64,000 bases of DNA from the NCBI GenBank assembly GCA_033442325.1, contig JAWQFM010000017.1, positions 83,775 to 147,774 on the forward strand, written 5' to 3'. The DNA comes from Salpingoeca rosetta (taxonomy: Eukaryota > Protista > Choanoflagellata). Shown in pieces: positions 1 to 12,700 of this stretch. The notes beneath the pieces were generated by a model. The model made no database searches. It was not told the DNA's origin and saw only the letters and a list, made by a program, of their open reading frames with translations. A program made the position numbers and the translations under genes. The stretch's first letter is position 1. Every line of letters starts with the position of its first letter.

Positions 1-192
1 TTGTGTGGTTGCTGGCTGCCAAGTGCTGCCAAGTGGTGCCACGAGCCACCGACTACTGAGAGGAGATCCACTAATCACTCACACACCACTCACTCTTCGA
101 GTGGTCTCCTTTCCTTTCACTTTCCTTTCACTTTTCCTTCTTGACCCTTTTCCGATCAATCAATCACAGGTAAGGTACTTGTTGTTTGGTCT

Positions 193-250
193 TGGCTGTT
201 GTGTATCTGGTGGTGGCTGTTGTGTATCTGGTGGTGGCTGCTGTGTATGG
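193..250. repeat. 21-bp tandem repeat (TGGCTGTTGTGTATCTGGTGG), about 2.7 copies
   Basis: Directly visible. Confidence 0.85.
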
Positions 251-580
251 TTGTGGGCAGTGTCTTGTCATAACTGTCGCAGTATGCATGTGCGTGGTCG
301 TTCTTTTGTGTGCACCCGTTCCTCGTGGCTGTAGCTGTTCTCTCTTCATCTGCGCCTTCGTCCTGCACCCTTCGTCCTGCACCCTGCGTATGCACCCACC
401 TGCGTGTCTTTCTACCCACCCACACGACACACATCTCACGCGCATCGAACCCCCCCCCCCTTGGCACACACACAGCGCCTCTCCTCCTTGCTACTGGTGC
501 TGTGGTGGGACGCCACCTTGTTTGTGACGTCACCGTTTGCCACCCTCCACACCCAGCTACACGCAAACTTCCTTCTGACC

Positions 581-731
581 ATGGTACGCCCGTGAACGCT
601 GCTGTTGTGCTTCTGCCATCCTCCCTGCATGCTGCCTTCCACCATCATCATCACCCTTCACCCCCCGCTCCCAACACTCATCATCAAATTCACACCATCC
701 CTCCTTTCCCACACACACACACACACACACT

Positions 732-765
<34 letters not shown>

Positions 766-3700
766 ACACACACACATACATTCACACAACACAACACACA
801 CACACACACAACACGCTCCCACACCGTTTGTCTCTCCCCCACCCACCCACTCACACCCCTCACACCCTCTCCCCGTTCTCCCCACTTCCCCTCTCACAAC
901 AGGCACGCCGCGCTTCCCCCATGGAGCTGCTGCTGCTTCTTCTTCTGACAACCGCCTTGAGCCCAGTCAAGGCCGCCACCACCACCTACGAGACGGTGGA
1001 CATCACGCTGATTTCTGACACTGGAGCGACTGTCGTGTTTGAGCAGACGTTCGAGCTTTTGGACGATGCCAACATCTCCACCGTCGTGCCATCATTTGGA
1101 CAAGTGGGAACCCGCGTCACCGTCTCTGGGCAGCTGCTGCTTGGCGGTGGTACTCGCATCTCCGGCGCCACGCTGGCTGGCGTCCCCGCGCGCCGCATCC
1201 TCTCGTCCAACAACACCTTGGTTGTTGTGGAGGCTGCTGCCAGCGACCCAACGCCCGTCGGAGACATTGTCCTCACCGCAGACACGGGCGCGCTCACCAC
1301 CATCCGTGACGCCTGGACATACCGGCCCCAGGGCAACGTGTCCGCCATCACGCCCAGCAGCGGCCAGCGCGGCACCCACGTCACCATCACGGGCTCCAAC
1401 TTGCTTGGCCACGCCACGCGCCTCGCTACCGTGACGCTCGGGTCCGTGCAAGCGCGCATCCTCGAGGCCGCCAACGAGCGCGTCGTCGTGCGTGCCGCCC
1501 CTGCCCCGGCCGGTAACGTCGACGTCTTGCTCAAGGCAGAGTCTGGCGCGGAGGTGGCTGTTCCCGGTGGGTTCGACTACACACCGCAGGGCGTCATCAC
1601 GGGCGTCCAGCCGTCCTCGGGACAGCTGGGCACCTTCATCACGGTCACCGGCACAAACCTGCTCGGCGCGGCGCCCTCCCTGGCTACCGCCGCCTTTGGC
1701 ACCGCCCAGCCGTCCCAAGCCACCATCCAGTCGGCAACCAACACGCAGGTGGTCCTGCGCGCGGGCGCAGAGCCGGCGGGGCCCGGCCAAGGCCGCACGA
1801 ACCTCACCCTGACGCTGACAGCCTCCACCCACGCCATAATCGACGCCAACGACACCTTCTCCTACGTGGACGCCAGCAGCATCGACACCGTGGCGCCGTC
1901 TTCGGGCCAGGTCGGAACCCGCGTCACCATCACCGGCCAGCGCCTCTACGGCCTCGGCTCCAGCATCGTCAGCGTCACCTTCAACGGCGTTGAGGCCCGC
2001 GACATTGTGGAGGCGTCCCCGACTCGCGTCGTTGCCATTGCCCCGTCCGCGCCGGCCACCACGGGCCTGGCAGACGTCGTCGTCACCGCAGACACGGGCG
2101 CCACCGCCATCGCCTCCGCAACGTGGACGCAGCTCGAGGAGTCGGTCGTCTCCAGCATCAGCCCTTCCTCCGGCCAGCAAGGCACGCGCGTCATTGTGAC
2201 GGGCTTCCGCTTCTTTGGCGGCGGCTCCCGCATCGTCAACGTCACGCTTGCCGGCGTCCCCGCCACCATTGTCATTGCCCTGCCGACGCTGGTCACCCTC
2301 GACGCCGGGTACGGCGCAAACTCCACGGGCGACCTGCTCATGATCGCAGACTCGGGCGCGGAGACGCGCGTCGTCGACGGCTTCACCTACCTCGACCCTG
2401 GCGTCATCGCCGCCGTGCGGCCGGCAACCGGGCGCGTGGGCACCCGCGTCACCATCACGGGCAAGAACCTGCTTGGCGGCGGCACTTTTGTGGAGGCCGT
2501 GTCCCTTGCCGGCTTCCCGGCCGAGCTCGTCTCCGCCACCAACTCGCGCATCGAGGTCGTCACCGCGCGCGGGCTCGAGGGCACCGGCGACGTGGCCATC
2601 AGCACAAGCACCGGCGCCACCATCGTCCGCCCAAACGGCTTCTCCTACCTCTCTGCCGGCCAAGTTGAGACGGTCGTGCCAGACATGGGCCAGCTCGGCA
2701 CCCGCGTCACCCTGGCTGGCCGCAACCTCCTCGGCGGCGGATCCACCCTCGTCTCCGTCAAGCTCGTCGGCGTCGAGGTGCAGGAGATTGTGTCTGCAAA
2801 CAACACGCAGGTGATTGTGGTCGCCGCCGCACCCGCGCCGGGCTCCTTGCCCTCCCCGGCCATTGGCGACGTTGAGTTCGTCGCAGACACGGGCGCGCGC
2901 TTCACGGCCATCGCCGCCTGGCGCTACCGCACACCCGGCGCCATCACAGACATCTTGCCCACGTCGGGCCAGGCTGGCACGTTTGTTCGCCTCACGGGAA
3001 CCTCGCTCCTGGGCGGGGGCACCGCCGCACGCCGCGTCACCTTTGGCGCCAGCGTCACCGCCGATGTCATCGCCCAAAGCAGCACCGCGCTGGTGGTGCG
3101 CATCAACGTGGACGAGGCAACGGCGCTCGTTGCGTCAGACGCCGTTGTCGACGTCACCATCGAGTCAAACACGGGCGCCATCGTCACCCTCCCAGCCAGC
3201 TTCGCCCTGCGCGCCACCGGCCGCATCGACTCTGTCTCCCCAGCCACGGGCCAGGTCGGCACGCGCGTCACCATCGCGGGCTCCCGCCTGCTCGGTGGCG
3301 CAGCGGCGCTCGACCGCGTCGTCCTCGCTGGCACTGACGTGCAGGCCATTGTCTCCGAGTCTGACACGCAGGTGGTGGTCATTGCGGGCGTCAACGTGCC
3401 CAGCTCCGGCGACGTGGAGCTGCTCGCCGAGTCTGGTGCAGTCGTCACCCTCAGCCCCAACGCCTTCACCTACGCGCCCGTCAACGCCGCGCCCGAGGTG
3501 CAGGCGCCGGCCGCCGTCACGCTGGACGAGGACGCCAGCCCCGTGCCCGTGGACGTCACCGTGGCCGACAGCGACGCGGAGGAGTACAACGGCACCATGG
3601 TCACCAACCTGCGCTGCACGGAGGGCACCATCTCCGTTGACGGCGGCCTTCGCCGCAGCAGCCGCATCACCGTGGTCGGCCAGCTCCGCGTCATCAACCA

Positions 3701-6700
3701 CCAGCTCAACGGCCTCACGTACAAGCCCAACCCAAACTTCTTCGGCAACGACACCCTGGTGGTGGATGTTGACGACAGGGGCAACAGCGGCTCCGGCGGC
3801 AACCTCACCGCGTCCGCCAACGTCACCCTGCATGTGCGCTCCGTCAACGACCAGCCCGTCCTCTCCACCACCGCCGTCGCCGTCCTGCCCACCATCAACG
3901 AGGACGTGTCGGAGGACATGAACGAGGGCGCCACCGCCGCCTCCCTCCTCACGGGCCTGGTCACGGACCCCGACGACGCCATGTTCGGCATGGCCATCGT
4001 GCACATTGCCAACTCCTCGGCCGCAGGCACCTGGCAGGTGGTGCCGGCTGCCGCAGGCGCTGCACCCGTCAACCTGACCGCGGCCGCCACCACCCCGGCC
4101 AACGCCACCCTGGTTGGGCCCTACGACCACCTGCGCTTCCTCCCCGCGCCCAACTTCAACGGCCGCGCCACCCTCACCTTCCGCGCCTGGGACCTCACCC
4201 AGCACGCGCCGCTGGCCGTGGTGGACACGACGCAGGCCGCCTCCACCGCGTCCTCGCCGTTCTCCCGCGACACCACGCGCGCCGTCGTCACCGTCGTCTC
4301 CGTCAACGACGTGCCGGAGGTGCTGCTCAACACGCCCTCGGGCAACTACCGCGCCACCTTCCTGGAGCAGTCGTCCACGGGCGCGCTCATCCTCCCGTCC
4401 TCGCTCACCATCACCGACGCCGACCACGCCACGCTCGACAGCGCGCGCGTGGAGATTGTCAACAGGGAGGATGGCGAGGCGGAGTTCCTGGCCGCAAACT
4501 CGGTCGTCACCGCCAACATGGGCCTGTCCCTGCTGGTGGAGGCCAGCAACACCACCTACACCATTGTCATCCGCTCCCGCAGCGCCGCCCGCATGCCCAT
4601 CTCCAACTACGCCACGGTCCTCAAGTCGTTGCGCTATGTCAACGCCGCCGACGAGCCAAACCCGGCCACCCGCTCCATCGCCCTCACCGTGAGCGACGGC
4701 ATCGACGCGTCGCCCGTCGTCCACACCTACGTCGACATGCAGCTCGTCAACGACCACGCGCCCGTCATCACCTACACGCAGACGCAGCCGCTCGTCTTGC
4801 GCGAGCCAAACACCAGCCTTCCGCTGCTCGACACAGACCCGCTCACCGTGACGGACCAGGACCACGCCTCCTTCCTCCTCGTGTCCGCGCAGGCCTCCAT
4901 CACCGCAGACTCCCTGCGCGACCCGGCACACGAGCGCCTGGCCGTGACCACCCCGGCCGGCTTTGGCTTCACCGTCACCTTTGGCAACGGCTCCCTCGCC
5001 GTGTCCGGCCTCGGCACCGCCGAGGAGTACACCGCCATCCTCAACTCGCTCGTGTACGTCAACGCCGCGGAGGAGCCCACCCCGGGCCCGCGCCGCGTCA
5101 GCGTGGTCGTGCGCGATGCGGACTTTGAGAGCGAGCCTGTCGTCATCAGCGTGGACGTGCAGGTGATCAACGACCGCGCGCCGGAGGTTGACCTGAGCGG
5201 GCCCTCGCAGCCCGGCATCGACTCTGCCGTGGACTTTGTGGAGGAGGGCCACCCGGTCCGCATCGCGGCAAGCGACGCCACCGTCACGGATCCGGACAGC
5301 GGCAACTTCACCATGGAGGCTATGTGGGTGCGCATCGACGATGCCCTCGACGGCGACCTCGAGTCCCTCGTGCTGTTGCCGCCGCCGGAGCTCGGCCTGG
5401 GCACCGCCGTCATCAACGCCACCGTCCTCGGCAGCAGCAGCAGCAGCGCGCCCGTGCAGCTTGGCCCGCTCTCCGCCTCCTACGATGCGGGCTCGCACAC
5501 GCTCATGATCGCGGGCTCTGCGTCGCCGGACGTCTACACGGCGGCCCTGCGTGCCGTGGCGTATGCCAACGTGGCGGACCTCCCCAGCGGCGTGAGCGCC
5601 CGCACCATCTCCGTGGTTGTGTGGGACGGCGGCTTCAACTCCACAGTGGCCCGCGCCGCAGTCCACATCATCATGATCAACGACCCGCCCATGCTCAACG
5701 TGGGCGGGCCCGCCGCCGACGACCACAGCAATGTGGTGCACTACCGCGAGGGCGGCGCCCCGCTGGCGCTCGTTGACCCAGATGCCCTGCTCTCCGACGA
5801 GGACCACACCGTGCTGGCCTGGGCGCGGCTCCTCCTGGTCAGCGCCCCAGACTACACGGACGAGGTGCTCGCCGTCGACACCACAGGCACCAGCATTGTG
5901 GCCTCCTTCGAGCACACGGTCAACGAGGACCGCGGCCCGGGCGAGGGCAAGGCAAGCACCACCGCGGAGATTGAGCTTGCCGGCGTTGAGGCGTCCGTGT
6001 GGGCGGCCGATGCCGTCCTCCCATCGCAGTTTGAGAACATCACCGCTGACCTGCTCAACCACGAGCTGGGGCTCCCCGGCGGCAACGAGACGGTGGTCGT
6101 GCGCGTGCTCAACGCCACGGCGTCTGCGCTGGACGTCAACGGGCAGCCGGCCTCCCGGCCCATTGCCCGCATCTCCCTGCAGGTGGTGGCCGACGACCGG
6201 TTCCTCAGTGTCATGTCCAGCAACCTCACGCGCGTCGTGTCCTCCTCGGGCCTGCTGCTGACCTCCCTCAAGCAGCACTCGGGCGCGTACTTCTACGTCA
6301 ACACCATCCCCTTTGTTGTCGAGCCGCAAACGCGCGCGTTTGACGTGGTGGAGTTTTACGCCACCCTCACCCTCACGGGCCCAGATGCGCTCGACAACTT
6401 CCTCAAGGTCCTGCGCACGGCCACGTACCAGAACCTCGAGTCGCGCCCGGGACAGCCCAGCACCCTCACCCGCACCGTCGAGTTTGTGGTCAGCGACGGC
6501 AACCTCACCAGCACGCCCGTGTACTCGTTTGTCACGTTTGCGGCAGTGAACGATGCCCCGCTCGTGGACCTCAACGGGCCCACCGAGGCCGGGAACGACA
6601 ACACCATCACCTTCACGGAGGAGACGGAGCCCGTCCCCATTGCCGCACCAAACGCCACCCTGCGCGATGTCGACAACGCCACGCTCGCCTGGCTCACGGC

Positions 6701-9700
6701 GCGCATTGTCAACAACCTCGACGGCGCTGGCGAGGTGCTCAGCGCGGGCCCAGACGTCCCCAGTGCCGTCCAGGTCTCGTACGCGGCTGGCACCGCAACG
6801 CTCACCTTCACGGGCGTGGCGTCCACCCGCCGCTACCAGGACATCCTGCGCGGCATCACCTTTGTCAACACGCGCGACGAGCCGGACCCGACGCCACGCG
6901 TGGTGGAGGTGATTGCCAGCGACGGCGACCGCGCGTCGCTCTCGCGCTTCACCACCGTCAACATGGCCTTCACCAACGACCCGCCCGTGCTGGCCCTGGG
7001 CACCGCGCAGGCCACCAACTGGACCACCGCGTTTGTTGAGGACGAGCGGCCCGGCTCGCCCATCGCGTCCCCAGACACGCTCATCACGGACGACGATGAC
7101 ACGCACCTCACCTCCGCCCTCATCCGCATCACCAACGTGCAGGACACGCCCGCGTTTGAGGTGCTCACCGTGCCCGCAAGCGTGGTGCCGTCCGGCGGCA
7201 GCGCCACGGGCAACAACACGGACACGCTGCTGCTCTCCTGGCCGGCGACGCTGGCGCAGTGGGCGGCCGCCCTGCAGGAGGTGCGCTACCTCAACCTGGA
7301 CAACGATCCCGAGGTCGACACACCGCGTGTCGTGGCCGTGTCTGTCGTGGACGCCGCAGCCACGGGCGCCGGCGCGCCGCAGCAGCGGTCCAACACGGGC
7401 GTTCACCACCATCGACCTGACTGCCGTCAACGACGCTCCGCAGGTGGGCTTCAACGGGTCCACAGACGCGCCGATGCACACCACGTTTGTGGAGGGCGGG
7501 TCCGCCGTGGCCCTGACCACGGACGCGCTGCGTGTCTTCGACTACGACGACGACTACGTCCAGTCCGCGCTCGTGCGCATCGAGAACCTGATTGACCGCA
7601 CCCTCGCCAACACGTTTGAGGTGCTCTCCGTCAACGCGTCCGCTGCGCCCGCCCTGAGCGTGCAGTACTTCCCGGACGGCTTCCTCTCCATCACGGGCAA
7701 CGCCACGAAGCAAGCGTACCGCGCGCTCCTGCGCACGCTCACGTACGAGAACACGTTCCCCAACCCGTCGACGCAGCCGCGCATCGTGTCGCTCGTCATC
7801 AACGACGGCCGCCTCACCAGCGAGCCCTCGTACGCTGTGGTCGCCATCGACGCGCAGAACAACGCCCCCATGCTCGACCTCAACGGCGTGCTGGCGCCCA
7901 GCGTCAGCTCCTCGGCGCTCTTCATCCAGGGCCTGGGCGACGTCCCCGTCACCAGCAGCCAGTCGTATGTCACAGACTACGAAGGCGACCTGGTGCAGGG
8001 CATGAACGTCACCATCACGCCGCTCCCCGACGCGCCGTCAGAGCAGCTCTTCCTCACCTACACGCCGCCTCCCCCAGGCCACGTCGAGACGCTGTCCACG
8101 TCCACGCTCAACGCAGCCATCGCCTCCTCCTGCGCCACCGCGCCCACGTCGTTCTGCACGTCCGCCGTTCTCACCAGCGGCAGCGCAGGCGCCACCGTCT
8201 CCGACGTGCAGGTGGTGGTGGACATTGACCACCCGTACGTGGGCGAGCTCATCCTCACCCTCTCGCACGCAGGGCGCTCCGTGCAGCTCGTGGCCAACCC
8301 GGCCAGTGCCAGCGGCGCCTCGGGCCAGTGCGCCCTCGCCGACTTTGTCAACCTGCACTTTTCTGATCGCGCCAGCCAGAGCGTGACCACGCGCTGCGCC
8401 TCCGCAGAGGGCTACACGGGCTCTGTGCGGCCCGAGAACGCCCTCAGCGCCTTTGACGGCCTGGACATGGGCGGCGACTGGGTCCTGGAGGTGCAGGACA
8501 CGGTGCGCTTCTTCTCCCACGGCTCCCTGCGCAGGTTTGCCCTCATCCTCACCTCCGGCACACGCACGTACACCACGTGGTCCGCCTCGCAGGCCGTGTC
8601 GCCGTCTGCGCCAAGCTCCATCCCGCTCAGCGTGTCCAGCGCCAGCGCCGTGGTCGACGCAGACGTGCACGTGCACCTGACCTCCGCCTCTGTGGAGGAC
8701 GTGCGCGTGTCGCTCACGTCCGCGGCCGGCGCAGACGCGGGTGCCGCCCCCGTGGTGCTCAAGGACTTTGGCGCCGTCAACGGCCCTTGCTCAACCGCCA
8801 GCACGGGCTCCCTCGTGTTCGACACGCGCGTCGACAGCACGGCCGCCGGCCACGTCGCAGCAGCGGACACCTGCCCCGCATACCCGACCTCCATCCTGCA
8901 GCCCGCAGCGCCAGCGCAGCCCCTGCACGACCTGGTTGACCAGGTGTCGCTCGGCACGTGGTCCGTGCTCGTGGAGACGCGCGCGGGCGTGACGGCGACC
9001 GTGCACTACGTTGAGCTGCGCCTGGCGGAGCGGCCCAACGTTGAGGTTGGCTACGACGCGGCCCAGGGCCTGCTCACCATCCGTGGCGCAGACTCCGCCG
9101 ACGTGTACACGTCCCTCCTGCAGACGCTGCGCTACAACAACCAGCAGGTTCTCCCCACCCCCGTGGAGCGCGTGCTCAGCTTTGTCGTGTCGGACGGCCA
9201 GGACAGCAACGCGGACGCCAACATCACCCTCACCACGCACAACCAGCCCATTCTCGACTTGGACACCGCCTCTGGCGACACGTCGCTGGACACGAGCGTC
9301 GTGTTTGTGGAGGGCGGCGCCGCGAGCCCCATCCTGCTCACGGACCAGTCCAGCCTCTCCACGGACGGCCTCTTCCAGATCCAGTCGGCACACGTGCGCC
9401 TGGACAACCCGCTCGACGGCGGAAACGAGACGCTCTCCTGGACCCCGACCAACGCCAGCACTGCCGCGGGCATCACGGCGGTAGCTCTCGATGCGGAGGC
9501 GCACGAGCTGCTGCTCACGGGCCTGGCGGGCCCAGGGGACTACCTCACGGCGCTGACAAACGTGCACTACCACAACAGCGACCGCAACCCGCACGCGGAC
9601 CCGCGCGTCATCACCACCACCGTCACGGACACCGCCACCCTCACCAGCATTCCCCGCACCACCACCGTTTTTGTGCACCCGGTCAACGACCCTCCGGAGC

Positions 9701-12700
9701 TGTACAACGCCTCCCGCGCGGCCGCCGATGCCGTGTTCGTGGAAGGTGCTGCTGACGGCACGCCCGTCGTGTCGGAGGACCTGTTCGTCTTTGACGCCGA
9801 CAACGCCTTCTTCACGCGGGCCATGTTTGCCATTGTGAACCCGCTCGACGGTGCGGGCGCGGAGTCGATTGTGCTGGACTCCCCCACCGCCACGGACCCC
9901 GCCGTGTTCACCGTTGCGGACGCCAGCAGCTGGCCATCGTGGTTTGCACCGCCGGGCAGCGTCGTCGTTCAGGCCACTGCCGTGGGCAACGTTACCCTCG
10001 ACCAGTTTGTCGACGTGCTCCTCGGCGCCAAGTACATGAACACGGCCATCGAGCCCAACATGACCACGCGCCACGTGCGCTTCTTCATCCGCGACACGCT
10101 CAACGCATCCAACGTCGTGGACTCGTACATCTCCGTGCAGCTCATCAACGACAACGCGCCCGTGCTCTCGCTCGTGCCGCCGCCGTTTGACGCCACCTTC
10201 TTTGAGCCAAACGGCTCCTGCGTCCTGCACTGCACGGAGGCGCCGGTCTTCAACGGCAACTTCCTCATCACCGATGACGACCAGAACGACGTGTTCCCGC
10301 TGTACGGCGCCATGGTTGCCCTTCCCAACAACAGCGCCGACCTCGCCCTGGAGCGCCTCAGCGTCAGCGCCGCGCTCCTGGCACAGACCGGCCTCGACGC
10401 GCTGTACGTGCCGGACAACGGCACCCTCATCATCACCGGCGAGGCCACCGTTGGCGATTACACGCGCGTCCTGCAGACGCTCACCTACCACAACACGGCC
10501 GAGGAGCCCGACCCGGCGCAGCGGCTGCTGGCCCTGACTGTGTTTGACGGGCGCTGGGCCAGCAACGGGCTGTTGGTGCCGCTCTCCATCGTGCTCATCA
10601 ACGACCAGACCCCGGTCATTGACCTCAACACGGCCACCGCCGATGCCAACATCGACACGCGCGTTGCGTTTGTGGAGGAGCAAAGCGCGCCCCTCCCGCT
10701 CGCACCCACGGCCCTGCTCTCCGACGCCGACTCGGGCTTCCTCCTGCAGTACCCGACCAACATCTCGCACGTCGTTGTGAACCTGACTGACGCCCGCGAC
10801 GGCGCGCTCGAGACCATCGACGCCACCGCATCACCGGCGGTTGCCGTGCAGCGCGCCGGGCCGCACCTGCTGCGGCTCCAAGGGCCTTCGTCCCCCGCGG
10901 AGTTCACCGCTGTCCTGCGCACGGTGCGGTACACAAACGTGGCCGACGAGCCGCGGTACCCGCGCCATCGCGCCATCGCCTTCACCGCGTTTGACGCAGA
11001 CTTTGCCAGCGACCCGGCCTATGCCATTGTCGACATCATCTCCGTGAACGACGTTCCCCGCGTGTTCCTCTCGGGCGGCACGCCGCCACCGACGCCAGCA
11101 GACGTCAACACAGCCTTCCTGTACACGGAGGGCCAGGGCGCCCTGCGCGTGGCGCCGGACGCCGTGCTGGAGGACGACGACAACACGCAGCTGCAGTGGC
11201 TCGATGTTGAGCTCGTCTCTCCCCCAGACGGCTTGAGCGAGAGTTTGAATGCCAATGCCACCGGCCCGGACGCCAACGTCACCGTGGTTCCTGCCACCGC
11301 TGCACACCATATGCTCAGGCTGCAGGGGCCGGCATCGCTCGCAGAGCTGCAGGCCGTGCTGCAGACGCTCACCTACACGCACAGCGAGTACGGCCCGGGC
11401 AACCCGGACACCTCGCAGCGCCAGGTGCGCGTGGTCGCCTTTGACGGCACAAACACCAGCGTGGTTGCCGTGGCGTTTGTGGGCTTTGACAGCGTCAACG
11501 ACGCCCCGATTCTCAACCTCAACGGCGGCGGCGCCGACCCAGACTTCTCCGCGACGTTCACAGAGGAGCAGGGCCCCGTGCCAGCCGTCTCCGCGGCCCT
11601 CACCATCATGGACATTGACGGGCCCATCATCGATGCCGCTCGCGTCGCGTTCACCGTGCGGGATGCCGGCCTCGAATTCCTGGCCGTCAACACCACGAAC
11701 TCCAACCTCACGGCCGCATACGACCCGGCAACGGGGGTGCTCGACATTACCGGCAATGCCACCACGCGCGAGTACGCCAGCGTGCTGGCCACCCTCACCT
11801 ACGACAATCGCGCAGACGAGCCCACGCCGACCCCGCGCGTCCTCACCGTTACGGCAAGCGACAGCATCGCCTGGAGCGTGCCCGTGTACAGCACGGTGGC
11901 CATCGTGCTTGTCAACGACCCGCCACGCCTCTACTCCCCGGTCGTCGGGCGCACCTGGAACGTCACTTTCGTGGAGGACCACGCGCCCGCGGCCGTTGTC
12001 CCAGCAGACACGGTTGTGGAGGACGACGACGACGCGTTCTTCGTGCAGGTGACCGCCGTCCTGCACGCCGCACCGGACGCTGAAGCGGAGGTGATGCGCG
12101 GCAACACCACCACGGCCTCCGGGAACGCGCTCAACGAGACACTCACATATGACGCAGGCACGGGCGCCACCACACTGCTGGCGCAGGGATACGTGTCGCT
12201 CGACGATGTCATTGACTATCTGCGCAGCCTCGTCTACGAGAACCTGTCCGATGCACCCACGCCGAGCGTCGTGCGTCGCATCACCACCACCGTGTCTGAC
12301 CCGCACTTTGCCCCCTCAAACGCGTTTGTCACCAACATTCGCGTGCAGCCGCACAACGACGCGCCCGTGCTCACCGCAGCCACGACGGAGCTCGACGCCA
12401 TTGCCGAGGACGCGTCCCTGCAGGAAAACAACGGCACAGACGTCTATGCGCAGCTCCGCTCCCTCATGCAGGACTTTGACGCCGCGCCGCAGTTTGGCGT
12501 GGCCGTGGTTGGCGTGGACACGTACGGTGGCGAGTGGCAGGTCGCTGTTCCGGTTGTACCTGTCGACACGGGCATGTCCTCCGGCAGCAGCAACGCCACT
12601 GGCATGTCTGCAAACGCCACCACGGCAATGCCAACGACAGTGCCCACTGGCCCAATGTTCCGGTGGCAGGCCGTTCCCGCCAACGCCAGCATCACGTCCG

